Below are positions 24,822 through 34,356 of a stretch of 64,000 nt of DNA, piece by piece (the first letter of the stretch is position 1; each line of letters starts with the position of its first letter). The notes beneath the pieces were generated by a model. The model did not search any database. It was given only the letters and a program-made list of their open reading frames with translations, and was not told the origin of the DNA. The DNA comes from an uncultured Candidatus Saccharibacteria bacterium (GTDB lineage: Bacteria > Patescibacteriota > Saccharimonadia > Saccharimonadales > JAGQNJ01): the NCBI GenBank assembly GCA_964493895.1, contig CAZBPY010000001.1:27233-91232 (forward strand), written 5' to 3'. The translations under genes were made by a program, and so were the position numbers.

Positions 24822-26045
24822 TTAGATAGATAGAGCATCGCTGCCAACCAGACCGTAAACTGGCAGCAGCACAGCAGCCACAATCAGGATAGCTATTAGA
24901 CCCATGACAATCATTAAAACTGGCTCGATAGTAGTCGAAATAGCCTTGATTTCGTTGTCCACTTCTCGCTCATAGTAATCAGCCGTTTTGGACATCATTT
25001 GTTCAACTGCACCGGACTGTTCACCAATGTGAAGCATGTCTGGGACCAAAGGTAAGAAGTTTGGATCGCCCCTTAGTGAATCAGACAGGGCCTTACCACC
25101 CTTGACCTTCTCGGCGGCTTTACTGATCGATTCTTCGATATGAATATTGTTTATAGAGCGACCGGTTATTTCCAGCATTTGGATCAATGGAACACCACTG
25201 GCCACTAAAGTTGAGCCGACTCTTGTGAACCGAGCCATGTAGACCTTCATAAACAGTCGGCCAATCGGCCAAGCGCGCATTTTTAGACTATCAATAGTCC
25301 TCTTTCCGCCAAGCGACCGAGCCCAGCGCGTAGTAGCAAGTACAATAACCACAACCAAAATTATTTCAAGCCACCAAAACCTGATAGTGAAGTTGGCCAC
25401 ACCCACCAAAAAACGGGTCACGAATGGCAATTGAGCTCCCGGTAAGCCGGCGTAAACCTCTTCGACGGCTGGGACGACACTGACAACCATGAAGATAACT
25501 ACACCAACCATAACCAAAAGCACAATGGCCGGATAGACCATCGCTCCACGGACTTTGGATAAAATTTCAGCGTCCTTTTCTTTTTGATTGGCGATGCGCT
25601 CTAGAGTTTTGTCGAGAGTTCCTGAAGCTTCACCGGCAGCAACTAGGTTAACAAAAACTTCGTCAAAAACTGTCGGGTGTTTAGCCAGGGCGGCTGAAAA
25701 AGACATGCCGGATTCAACATCGGTAATTACCTGGTTAATAACGACTTGTAAATTCTTGTTTTGAGTCTGGCCGGAAACATTACGCAAGCTTTGTACTAAA
25801 GGCAATCCGGCATTAATAAGCGTTGATAGTTGCCTTGAAAACAAAACCTTATCTTTGGTTTTTATACGGTTTCTAAAACGGCTAAGAAATCCGCTAGTAG
25901 AATCTTCATGGACTACAATTTCCAATGGAGATAAGCCTTGGGCTTGGATTTGTTTGGCGGCGGCTGTCTCATTTTCGGCCGACAATTCAGCTGTGACTTT
26001 CTTGCCAGTGACCGGGTCGCGAGCAGTATATTTATAGGTAAGCAT
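24822..26045 (-). CDS. pilC: type IV pilus platform protein (GspF/PilC family)
   Basis: 407 aa with the duplicated T2SS-F architecture and 3 TM segments. Position between pilT and pilA. Confidence 0.9.
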   Translation of the reverse strand: MLTYKYTARDPVTGKKVTAELSAENETAAAKQIQAQGLSPLEIVVHEDSTSGFLSRFRNRIKTKDKVLFSRQLSTLINAGLPLVQSLRNVSGQTQNKNLQVVINQVITDVESGMSFSAALAKHPTVFDEVFVNLVAAGEASGTLDKTLERIANQKEKDAEILSKVRGAMVYPAIVLLVMVGVVIFMVVSVVPAVEEVYAGLPGAQLPFVTRFLVGVANFTIRFWWLEIILVVVIVLATTRWARSLGGKRTIDSLKMRAWPIGRLFMKVYMARFTRVGSTLVASGVPLIQMLEITGRSINNIHIEESISKAAEKVKGGKALSDSLRGDPNFLPLVPDMLHIGEQSGAVEQMMSKTADYYEREVDNEIKAISTTIEPVLMIVMGLIAILIVAAVLLPVYGLVGSDALSI

Positions 26046-26055
26046 TTACTTGCTC

Positions 26056-27165
26056 CTAGCTCCTCATCATGCGGTCAAGTTCATCCAGGTCAACAGCAAA
26101 GTTTCGAGCTTCATCGTAAGTAATAACGCCCTTCTGAACCAAGCTAACCAAGGTCTTGTCCATTGATTGCATGCCAAATTCAGCACCGGTTTGAATTACG
26201 GCTTCTAACTGATGGCTCTTGCCTTCGCGGATGATATTTCGGACAGCCGGAGTGGCAATCAGGATTTCAGCTGCTGCCACCCGTCCGCCACCTATGGCCG
26301 GTACAAGACGTTGCGAACAAATGGCCATTAGAATGTTGGCTAATTGGGAACGAATTTGCGGCTGTTGATGCGGCGGAAAAACATCGATCATACGATCAAT
26401 CGACTGAGCTGCCGAGTTAGTGTGCAGTGTAGCAAACACCAGGTGACCAGTTTCAGCAATGGTAATAGCTGCAGCAATCGTTTCTAGGTCGCGCATCTCA
26501 CCAATCAGAACAACATCCGGGTCTTCACGCAACGAAGATCGCAGCGCTGCCGAGAACGAATAGGTATCATAGTGAACTTCGCGCTGAACAACCACTGATT
26601 TTTTGGATTTATGCGTAAACTCAATGGGGTCTTCAATGGTTATGATGTGATCGGCTCGCTCGTTGTTAATTTTGTCAATCAAAGCCGCCAAAGTAGTCGA
26701 CTTACCCGATCCGGTCGGGCCAGTAACTAAAACTAGTCCGCGAGGATAGTCAGCAAACTTGTTGACTACTTGAGGCAAGCCCAGTTGCTCGACATTCAAG
26801 ACTTCATTGGGAATTAGACGAAGAGCCGCTGCCAAGTTGCCACGTTCGTGAAAAGCGTTAACACGAAAACGGCCCAACTCACCATAGGCAAAGCTAAAGT
26901 CGAATTCTTTGTCTTTAAGTAGAATCTGTTTTTGATCTTCGTCTAAGATGGCAAAAATGAGTGACTCCACCGATTCTTCAGTTAAAACATCGGCCCCGGA
27001 AACAGGAGTCAATTTTCCGTCAATGCGTAGTATTGGCGCTAAACCTACCTGTAGGTGGAGGTCCGAGGCTTTCTTTTTAATTACCTCGTCAAGCAATGGC
27101 TCGATACGTGTTCCATTAGCCGGGTTATTGTTTGTTGTCTGTTGTGGTGTTGGTGTATCTGCCAT
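26056..27165 (-). CDS. pilT: type IV pilus retraction ATPase
   Basis: 369 aa. Walker A GPTGSGKSTTLAALID, Asp box, Walker B VVLIGEMRD, TLHTNSAAQSIDR. Lacks the long PilB-type N-domain. Confidence 0.9.
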   Translation of the reverse strand: MADTPTPQQTTNNNPANGTRIEPLLDEVIKKKASDLHLQVGLAPILRIDGKLTPVSGADVLTEESVESLIFAILDEDQKQILLKDKEFDFSFAYGELGRFRVNAFHERGNLAAALRLIPNEVLNVEQLGLPQVVNKFADYPRGLVLVTGPTGSGKSTTLAALIDKINNERADHIITIEDPIEFTHKSKKSVVVQREVHYDTYSFSAALRSSLREDPDVVLIGEMRDLETIAAAITIAETGHLVFATLHTNSAAQSIDRMIDVFPPHQQPQIRSQLANILMAICSQRLVPAIGGGRVAAAEILIATPAVRNIIREGKSHQLEAVIQTGAEFGMQSMDKTLVSLVQKGVITYDEARNFAVDLDELDRMMRS

Positions 27166-27182
27166 TTTTCCCTCTTTCTCCT

Positions 27183-28976
27183 TTAGGCACTTTCTGCACC
27201 GGCAACCCGGTTAACCTCATCAAGTGTTGTTAGACCGGCTAGAGCCTTTAGGTAGCCATCCTGCCGCATAGTTACCATTCCGTTAGCAACAGCTGCCTTT
27301 TGGATTTCTGCGCTGGTGGCTCTTTTCAGAACTAGATTTTGTATGCCCTCATCGATGTTGAAGACTTCATACAAGCCCATTCGTCCCTTATACCCACCGG
27401 GCGCTTCGGGGCTATCTTTGCCCTTGAATAAAGTATAAGCGTTTTGGCCCCTTAAGGGCAAGCTTTTATAGCCGAGGTCGGCGGCAACCTTGGCCATATC
27501 TTCCGGTTTTTCCGGCAATAGGTGGCCAACGGTAGTATTAATTGCTGTTGTTTCAGCCGCATTTGATTGATATGACTCCTTATCGTCAGCTATTCGGCGG
27601 ACTAGGCGCTGGCCAATCACTACTCTGACGGTACTGGCAATCAAAAATGGCTCGATGCCCATATCAAGCAAGCGCGGCAAGATGCCAGATGCCGAGTTAG
27701 TGTGCAGTGTCGAGAATACCAAGTGGCCAGTCAGGGCCGCCTGAACCGCCAATTGAGCAGTTTCTTTGTCACGAATCTCACCTACCATAACGATGTTGGG
27801 GTCTTGGCGCAGAATCGATCTCAGGCCGCTGGCAAACGTCAGCCCAACATCTGGATTAACTTGAATCTGGTTAACTCCCTGGATTTTGTACTCTACCGGA
27901 TCTTCCAGGGTAACAATATTTACCTGATCATTCTTGACCTCCTGCAGCAGGGCGTACATTGAGGTTGACTTACCCGATCCGGTCGGGCCAGACGTCAAAA
28001 CCATACCGTTAGAGAACTTCAAGGCCTCACGGATTCGTCTTAATGAACGGCCGCCATAGCCCATTTCTTCTAGTTTCAAGCTAGTTCCGGACTTGTCTAG
28101 CAACCTGATAACCACTTGCTCGCCCCAAACCGTTGGCGCAATAGCGATACGCAAATCTATGTCTCGTCTAGCGACTCGAACGGTAAACTGACCATCTTGT
28201 GGGATGCGGTGCTCGTCAATTTTAAGATTGGATAAAATTTTTATGCGCGACACTAACGGCGCTTCTGTACTCTTTGGCAGACGCATAATTTCCCGCAAAA
28301 CCCCGTCAATCCGTGCTCGGATTTTTAGCTCGTCTTGCATTGGTTCGATGTGGATATCACTAGCCCGATTGTTAGCCGCGTACTCCAAAATAGCTGACAA
28401 GGCTTTACTAATTGGCGAATCAGCTACGACTGTCTCAATCTTATTTTGAGCCGGCAGAGCTGAACTGGCCTGGCTAGCAGCCGCTATGGCCTCGCCCCCC
28501 TCGGTGAGTGCTGTAGCAACCGATTGATCTAATTTTGATTGATACTGGCTTAGAACCCTTCTAATTCCCTCTTCAGAAGCAGCATAGACCTTAAGCGGCC
28601 GGCCAATCTTATTAGATAAAAAATCTACTGCCTGGATATTATCAGCGTCCAGCATGGCTACTACCAACCGATGCTGCATTTCCCCTAAGGGCACAGCCAT
28701 ATACAGCTCGGCGATGTCCTGGGGTAATAAAGCCAAAATCTCTGGATCAATCTTGGCATTGGTCAGATTGACATATGGAACATTGGTAACATTAGCGATT
28801 GTCTTGGTTAGCACCTCGTTAGAAACACCGCCTTCAGATACAACTAGCTGCAGGAACGGTACACTTTGATCTTTGGCCTTCTGACCCAAGCGTCGAGCCA
28901 TATCGGCCGTCAGCAACTTTTTGTCAATAAGCGCTGCTTCGACCTTTTTTCGGATGTCTTCGGATAGGACACTCAA
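27183..28976 (-). CDS. pilB: type IV pilus assembly (extension) ATPase, GspE/PilB family
   Basis: 597 aa. N-terminal T2SSE_N-like repeats, Walker A SGPTGSGKSTSMYALL, MVGEIRD, TLHTNSASGI. TTG start with AGGAGG SD 8 nt upstream. Confidence 0.9.
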   Translation of the reverse strand: MSVLSEDIRKKVEAALIDKKLLTADMARRLGQKAKDQSVPFLQLVVSEGGVSNEVLTKTIANVTNVPYVNLTNAKIDPEILALLPQDIAELYMAVPLGEMQHRLVVAMLDADNIQAVDFLSNKIGRPLKVYAASEEGIRRVLSQYQSKLDQSVATALTEGGEAIAAASQASSALPAQNKIETVVADSPISKALSAILEYAANNRASDIHIEPMQDELKIRARIDGVLREIMRLPKSTEAPLVSRIKILSNLKIDEHRIPQDGQFTVRVARRDIDLRIAIAPTVWGEQVVIRLLDKSGTSLKLEEMGYGGRSLRRIREALKFSNGMVLTSGPTGSGKSTSMYALLQEVKNDQVNIVTLEDPVEYKIQGVNQIQVNPDVGLTFASGLRSILRQDPNIVMVGEIRDKETAQLAVQAALTGHLVFSTLHTNSASGILPRLLDMGIEPFLIASTVRVVIGQRLVRRIADDKESYQSNAAETTAINTTVGHLLPEKPEDMAKVAADLGYKSLPLRGQNAYTLFKGKDSPEAPGGYKGRMGLYEVFNIDEGIQNLVLKRATSAEIQKAAVANGMVTMRQDGYLKALAGLTTLDEVNRVAGAESA

Positions 28977-28988
28977 GTCAGGTGCCTC

Positions 28989-29240
28989 CTAGTTTTCGGT
29001 CTGGAATGGTTGCTGGCTTTGTCCGTCACCAATGGTGATTGTGAAGGTTGGGTTTACTGAGCTCTCATTAAAATAACGTTTATCCGGTTCTGGGAAATCA
29101 GCTGTAATTGGGTCGACAACTTCGACTTCCGTTTGTAGATCTTCAGGTGCAGCAAATAATGCTCTGGAAATGAAGAACGACAAAATACCGCTAACAAAGA
29201 CGACGGCTACTATAATGGCAATATCTTTTTGCTTCATCAC
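28989..29240 (-). CDS. small bitopic protein in the pilus operon (PilP-position), unknown
   Basis: 83 aa with one N-terminal TM. 4-nt overlap with the pilO-like gene. Confidence 0.45.
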   Translation of the reverse strand: MMKQKDIAIIVAVVFVSGILSFFISRALFAAPEDLQTEVEVVDPITADFPEPDKRYFNESSVNPTFTITIGDGQSQQPFQTEN

Positions 29241-29914
29241 TTGACCACCTTCGTTTGGACTTTTAGGGTGCGCTCTGGTTGGAAGTAGCTGACTGCGGTT
29301 AGATTAAGTACTAATTCGCTGTTTGTACCAGACAACTCCAGATCCTGGACCTGAATTGGACGAATTGAGCGCTGCAACAAGCTCAGCAGGTCCTGGGTTG
29401 ATTGGTAGTTTCCGGTAGCTGACAATTCGAACGGCATTTCAACCGGACCAACATTAGATTGATCTTCCCCGGAATAAATTTCTTCCTCATCTTCGCCGCT
29501 AATACTGTTGATGTTGCTGCCATTGGCTTTTAGCACTTTTTCGACGCTGGTGGTTAAGCCCGGGAAGTCATATTTACTTGGCAGGGCATCCAAAACAAGC
29601 TTGGCATTATCACCATCTTTATCACCCGAGCCCTTCGGATCTCCGCCCAAGACATTTTGGTTGGTACCGATGAAAGCATTGTATGCTACCTGCAACTCAT
29701 CAACAGTAGCTAGGTTTTCCTCTAGTTGGTTGCGGGCAGTTTCCTTTTCATTGATTACCCTAGCCTGATGCAACATTGTTTTCCATAAATTAAACGAAGT
29801 CACCACCGAGAACACCACCACGAAAGCGGCAACCGCTACCGTAGCGATCATGCGGCTGTTAGCCTTCTCTAGTTGGGTCCTTTTTTGCGAAACTCGTGCT
29901 TTTGCCATAACCAC
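29237..29914 (-). CDS. pilO: PilO-like pilus alignment protein
   Basis: Bitopic: N-terminal TM, coiled-coil, C-terminal ferredoxin-like region. Synteny after pilN. Confidence 0.55.
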   Translation of the reverse strand: MVMAKARVSQKRTQLEKANSRMIATVAVAAFVVVFSVVTSFNLWKTMLHQARVINEKETARNQLEENLATVDELQVAYNAFIGTNQNVLGGDPKGSGDKDGDNAKLVLDALPSKYDFPGLTTSVEKVLKANGSNINSISGEDEEEIYSGEDQSNVGPVEMPFELSATGNYQSTQDLLSLLQRSIRPIQVQDLELSGTNSELVLNLTAVSYFQPERTLKVQTKVVK

Positions 29915-29916
29915 TC

Positions 29917-30609
29917 CTATTGCCCTGTCGGAATATTAGTTTGCACAGGTTGAGGTTTGAATAAATCAGCTGGTTTTTCAGTTTGGGAGCGAGTTGAAAC
30001 TATATTCGGCACTACTAACTCAACCTTCTTGGTATTGTTAAAGATCTCAGGGTCAAAATTGAAGGTAATTTCGAAATTGGCTTCATTGGTTGTAACGCTA
30101 AAAGTTGACAGAACGACATCAGAGAAGGCCAAGACCTCATCTGTACCTTCATCAACCCGATACTTTGTGAACTTTAGGGTGTCAACAAACTTGTTGACAG
30201 TCGCCAAAGAGTCAGCTGTTCCGTTAATAGTCATGGTATCTTCTGTAAAGTCAACTCCGGCCTGGGCAATGCTGGCAGATTGCGGAGTTAGTTTGCTGAG
30301 ATATGGTAAAACGCGCTGAGTGGCCGGTTTTTTCTCATGTAGGCCAGTTAATGAGCCGAGTTGATTTTGAACAGTCAAAACTTTATCTATGTCTTCTATG
30401 TCTTCTAATTCGCCAACCTTGCTATTAATGTCATTTGTCAGATTGGCGATGTGTCTTTTTTGAACAAAATTAACATTAATGAACAGCAGGGCTAGGATGG
30501 CCAAAGCAACTATAGTGGCAATGATTGACACGCTAGTCACAACGCGCTTGGTACGGATTGTCTTAATGTATTCTTGCTTGACGGCTGGTAATAAATTGAA
30601 TTGAACCAT
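29917..30609 (-). CDS. pilN: PilN-like pilus alignment protein
   Basis: N-terminal FNLLP motif (MVQFNLLPAVKQ), then TM and coiled-coil. Start abuts the pilM stop. Confidence 0.7.
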   Translation of the reverse strand: MVQFNLLPAVKQEYIKTIRTKRVVTSVSIIATIVALAILALLFINVNFVQKRHIANLTNDINSKVGELEDIEDIDKVLTVQNQLGSLTGLHEKKPATQRVLPYLSKLTPQSASIAQAGVDFTEDTMTINGTADSLATVNKFVDTLKFTKYRVDEGTDEVLAFSDVVLSTFSVTTNEANFEITFNFDPEIFNNTKKVELVVPNIVSTRSQTEKPADLFKPQPVQTNIPTGQ

Positions 30610-31650
30610 CTATTCCATCCTCTCCGCTAGCCCAACTGCTACACCAAAATTGCTGCTGATAGCCAATAATTCATTTTGCTGACTCTTAGGGTATGCTACA
30701 TTGCGCCAGGCATTACCAATCTCAACCTTGAGTCCAGTTTTATTAGCAATATACAGCGGGAACTCTGGTAAGGTTGCAGCTGTACCGGTGACAATAATGC
30801 GGTCAATAGCAGCATTGGCGTATCGAGTACGGAAAAATTTTAGTGATTTATCGACTTCATTAACAATAATTTCAATCGTAGCAATGACTGCTTGGTAAAT
30901 CTGGCCCTCTAACTTGCCTTCGGCTAGACCAAATTTCATAACAAATTGTTCAGCTTGCTTTTGATCAATACCCAAGTTCTGAGTAGCCGCTCTAAGGATT
31001 GCCTCTGTCCCGGTAGGTATTGACCTGGTCAATCTCGGAGCACCGTTCATAGTAATAACCAAATCTGTTGATTTATAACCAATGTCTAATACTAGCTGCG
31101 GAGCAGTAACTTCCGGTGCCACCATGGCTCTAACTAAGGCCAGGTTGTCAGGTTCGAAGGCAATAACGTTAAGACCGATCGACTCTAATAAATCCAATTC
31201 TTTCTCTATAAAGTCGTTGGTAACACTGGTTAAAAGAACCTCTTGCTTGGTTTTGTCTTTTGGAGAATCACCCAAAATTGCCCAGTCAATCTTGGACTCG
31301 CTAAGCGGCGTTGGAATCAATGAGTCGGCCTGCAACTGAATGGTTTTGGCTAGTTCATTTGGCGATAATCGATCAATATCCACCACTGTTGTAAAAACCT
31401 TATGGGATGGTACGCCAACAGCCACGTTACGGGTAGTAATGCCGGATGAGGCAATTAAGTCTCGTAGTGACTGGGCTATTCTTTGTTGATCGGCGTTAGC
31501 GTCGCTCATAGCGATGGTTGAGTCAATCGGTGCAGCTGCATAACGCACTAGTGATTTGTGCGGGCCATTCCCTTTCAGCTGCACAATCCGGGCGGCGGTT
31601 GTTCCCAGATCTAGTCCAAAGAAATCAGTCACGCCGCTAAGCACGCCCAT
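30610..31650 (-). CDS. pilM: PilM, actin-like ATPase of the pilus alignment complex
   Basis: FGLDLGTTAARIVQL phosphate-1 motif, LDIGYKSTD, VTGTAATLPE. 346 aa. Confidence 0.85.
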   Translation of the reverse strand: MGVLSGVTDFFGLDLGTTAARIVQLKGNGPHKSLVRYAAAPIDSTIAMSDANADQQRIAQSLRDLIASSGITTRNVAVGVPSHKVFTTVVDIDRLSPNELAKTIQLQADSLIPTPLSESKIDWAILGDSPKDKTKQEVLLTSVTNDFIEKELDLLESIGLNVIAFEPDNLALVRAMVAPEVTAPQLVLDIGYKSTDLVITMNGAPRLTRSIPTGTEAILRAATQNLGIDQKQAEQFVMKFGLAEGKLEGQIYQAVIATIEIIVNEVDKSLKFFRTRYANAAIDRIIVTGTAATLPEFPLYIANKTGLKVEIGNAWRNVAYPKSQQNELLAISSNFGVAVGLAERME

Positions 31651-31753
31651 TATTTTCTGTCTCCGCTGGTGATGTGTTGGTATTGTTTCATCTATTTACC
31701 TGAAGCTTCGGTTGCTCGCCCACCAAGGACAAAACCGAATACAACTTAGGTCT

Positions 31754-31767
31754 AGTATAGCATAAGC
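31754..31767 (-). promoter_or_regulatory. extended -10 promoter GCTTATGCTATACT upstream of pilM (~100 nt leader)
   Basis: Same 14-mer as at 23321-23334. The leader contains a 7-bp hairpin TTCGGTT/AACCGAA (31707-31713 / 31733-31739) and a GGAG SD. Confidence 0.45.
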
Positions 31768-31797
31768 GGATAGATAACAAGCAAGTTTTATAGCCGT

Positions 31798-33717
31798 CTA
31801 TAACACCGGCGGTAGACTTGTAATATAGTCATACTTTGTGAATGGCAGGCTGCGCCTTAGACTGTCGTGTAAAGGACTTAGGTAAATCTCTGGGCTGAAA
31901 TTGAATACCTCAGCAATTTTGTCCGAACCAGGACCAGAGTTAGCGGAAGCTGTTTCCAAATCACCACCGGTGCGCTTGAATTTAACCTTCTTGGCTATGA
32001 AGGCACCATTAATCGTTAGCTTAGTTGAACAGGTGCTGGGATTGGAGATGTCGGCGCCAGTGCTGTTGGTGCAGGTATTGATTATCCCCGTGTCCGGAAC
32101 AAGGCTGCCGTCTGGATTGTACTGCGGTTGAGCAATAAATATTCCATCCAGACGCTCAACTGTCGGATCAATGTAGATATTTCCTCTTACTACTATCACC
32201 ACACTCGGTATCTGACTGACATCACTCCAGCCAGTCTCAGCACCTGCGTAACGCAAACCCTTGCCGGTGATGTAAACGTTGCCTTCATTATAGCCAGCTT
32301 GATGGGTACCTAACGGTACAACTGATGGCTGGGTTGGATCAGTTGGCAATGTACTCAGCGGGATATGTTGAACATCTTGACCACTTTGTTCTGCCGCAGC
32401 AAAGAAATCCTTGATACAGCCTCCTTCAACATATTGACCGCCATTGTTCATGCTTACCAAACTCGAACCATTAGCACTGTTACCAAATGTCAAGCCCAGC
32501 GGCGGCCGCGGCGGGTCGCCGCTATTCTCAGCACCGCGCATGTTAGCAGTAAAGAACCCATTGACCGAGCCTAGCGCGAAAGCCGCAAACTGGGATGAAG
32601 CACCCTTCCACAACTTGTTTGGCCCAACATCATAAGACAAAGCATAACTTTCGATAGAGGCTGACTGGTTAGTGATTTGACACGGTTGACCAAAACCCCC
32701 GCCGGCCATAACATCATTTCCATAAACTTGTAGAAACCGCTGGGCAGAGGGCGGGTTATCAACATTGACCGTAACTTTACAATCAAAGTCACCATTAGAA
32801 TTAGCGACAGTAAGTACATATGTAGTAGTGCCAGTAGGTTGAACAGTCATTTCACCGCTGGAGTCAACTGGTATATTACCCGGATTTAGCACCTGGCTGC
32901 GGCTTACAAATGTCTGCCAGGTAAGTTTAACCTGCTCACCACTAATAATTGAGGTTTTATCAGCTGTGATTGTACAATTCGGTTTAACAATAATTAGAAG
33001 GTCAAAGTTTGGGCGCAGAATTGGACAAGCCCCAAAATTTGTCGGGCCGCTCGGCGGGCCGTAGTTATTATTATCATTTGGTTCCTTAATACAGTTGTAG
33101 TTGCCGTTCGTGCGGCGACTGATGATTTTGTGGTTAAATTTAAAGTCGTATCTTTCTTTAGAGAAACCCCCTTCCGGGGCATTGATTTGGAATCCTCGGG
33201 CCGCTCGGCGATAATTTGGAAAGTTGGCGCCCCCATAGATAATTGACAGGTCCTTGCTAGTATCTGGGCTGTTTTGAGGAGTTGTCAGACCACTGGCAGT
33301 CAGTTCCGCATCCTGCGGAATGCTGACAACTCGCTCGTAGGACTGAGCAACGTTGTTGTCGTGAGATTTCACTCCAGAAAAGTGCAGAGCTACATTAATT
33401 GGAGTTGTCTGACCTCCAGGCACCTGCACTGAAACACTTGCCGGGTTCCCGGCTGGTGAAACCCAAGTTCTGAAATTGGGAGTCGCTCCCCCATTCTTAG
33501 TTTCTTGGTAATGGTCATAGTACTGGTTATAAACCGTTTGCGGAATGTTCAAAATGGGTAGATTGTGCGCGCCTAGCTGGATGTCTGACGGCGGTTGGGG
33601 ATGAAAATTAACATAGGGAGCTGACTGAGCCGCTACATAATTAGCACTTAGAGTGACGAACACGCCCAAGCCTGCGGTTCCGGCAAGCAAAATTAGAGCT
33701 CTCTTTATGCCCCTCAT
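31798..33717 (-). CDS. secreted protein of unknown function with an Ig-like module, upstream of pilM
   Basis: Signal peptide (..VAAQS). Internal Ig-like module CTITADKTSIISGEQVKLTWQT...TVQPTGTTTYVLTVAN. Confidence 0.55.
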   Translation of the reverse strand: MRGIKRALILLAGTAGLGVFVTLSANYVAAQSAPYVNFHPQPPSDIQLGAHNLPILNIPQTVYNQYYDHYQETKNGGATPNFRTWVSPAGNPASVSVQVPGGQTTPINVALHFSGVKSHDNNVAQSYERVVSIPQDAELTASGLTTPQNSPDTSKDLSIIYGGANFPNYRRAARGFQINAPEGGFSKERYDFKFNHKIISRRTNGNYNCIKEPNDNNNYGPPSGPTNFGACPILRPNFDLLIIVKPNCTITADKTSIISGEQVKLTWQTFVSRSQVLNPGNIPVDSSGEMTVQPTGTTTYVLTVANSNGDFDCKVTVNVDNPPSAQRFLQVYGNDVMAGGGFGQPCQITNQSASIESYALSYDVGPNKLWKGASSQFAAFALGSVNGFFTANMRGAENSGDPPRPPLGLTFGNSANGSSLVSMNNGGQYVEGGCIKDFFAAAEQSGQDVQHIPLSTLPTDPTQPSVVPLGTHQAGYNEGNVYITGKGLRYAGAETGWSDVSQIPSVVIVVRGNIYIDPTVERLDGIFIAQPQYNPDGSLVPDTGIINTCTNSTGADISNPSTCSTKLTINGAFIAKKVKFKRTGGDLETASANSGPGSDKIAEVFNFSPEIYLSPLHDSLRRSLPFTKYDYITSLPPVL

Positions 33718-33720
33718 GAA

Positions 33721-34233
33721 CTACTCCTCCTTATCCACATAATTAGGAGCCTCATTTTGTGACTCTAAAAACTCGACTTGAGTTTTAAAGCCCTCCAGGG
33801 TGGTTGTGGTGCTGCCAAAGCTACTGCTAAATCCGGCCTGCGGATTGTAGACTTCAACTAATTTGTCATAGTATTTGCGGCTGTTACCCGGATCGGTAGC
33901 ATTAATATAGCTGTAGGTAACGATATAAAGACAGTTGGCATCCTTGTCAAAGCCAGGCATTTCCATAATTTCACCGGCTAGTTTGGTTAATGCGGGCCCT
34001 TGGTTGTCATCAATCAAAGGTGCCGCTTTAGTGATCATCGATTGATTGCATACTGTCGAGCTAGCTTTTCTGTCTTCCGTTCGATCGACAGGTTTTGGCT
34101 CGGATCTTATCCACCAAAAAATTAAAAGCCCTAGCAAAATAACTCCGCTTGCCACTCCGGCAATCATCAATTTCTTTTTTGGTGACAAATTAATCCGGAC
34201 AGGTTTTCTCTCGTCGAGTTTAATTTCCTTCAT
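33721..34233 (-). CDS. N-terminally anchored hypothetical protein
   Basis: 170 aa with a single TM (LMIAGVASGVILLGLLIFWWI). Stop is 3 nt from the start of the 639-aa gene. Confidence 0.5.
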   Translation of the reverse strand: MKEIKLDERKPVRINLSPKKKLMIAGVASGVILLGLLIFWWIRSEPKPVDRTEDRKASSTVCNQSMITKAAPLIDDNQGPALTKLAGEIMEMPGFDKDANCLYIVTYSYINATDPGNSRKYYDKLVEVYNPQAGFSSSFGSTTTTLEGFKTQVEFLESQNEAPNYVDKEE

Positions 34234-34356
34234 AGCTTAGCTTTATCATATACTATTAACGCTTATGATTAAAGCTGTATTAGCCAGTCATGCTCCCTGT
34301 TAATCTGCTAAAATTAATTGTATGTCCCTACCAATCGGTGCACATATCTAAAGAAG

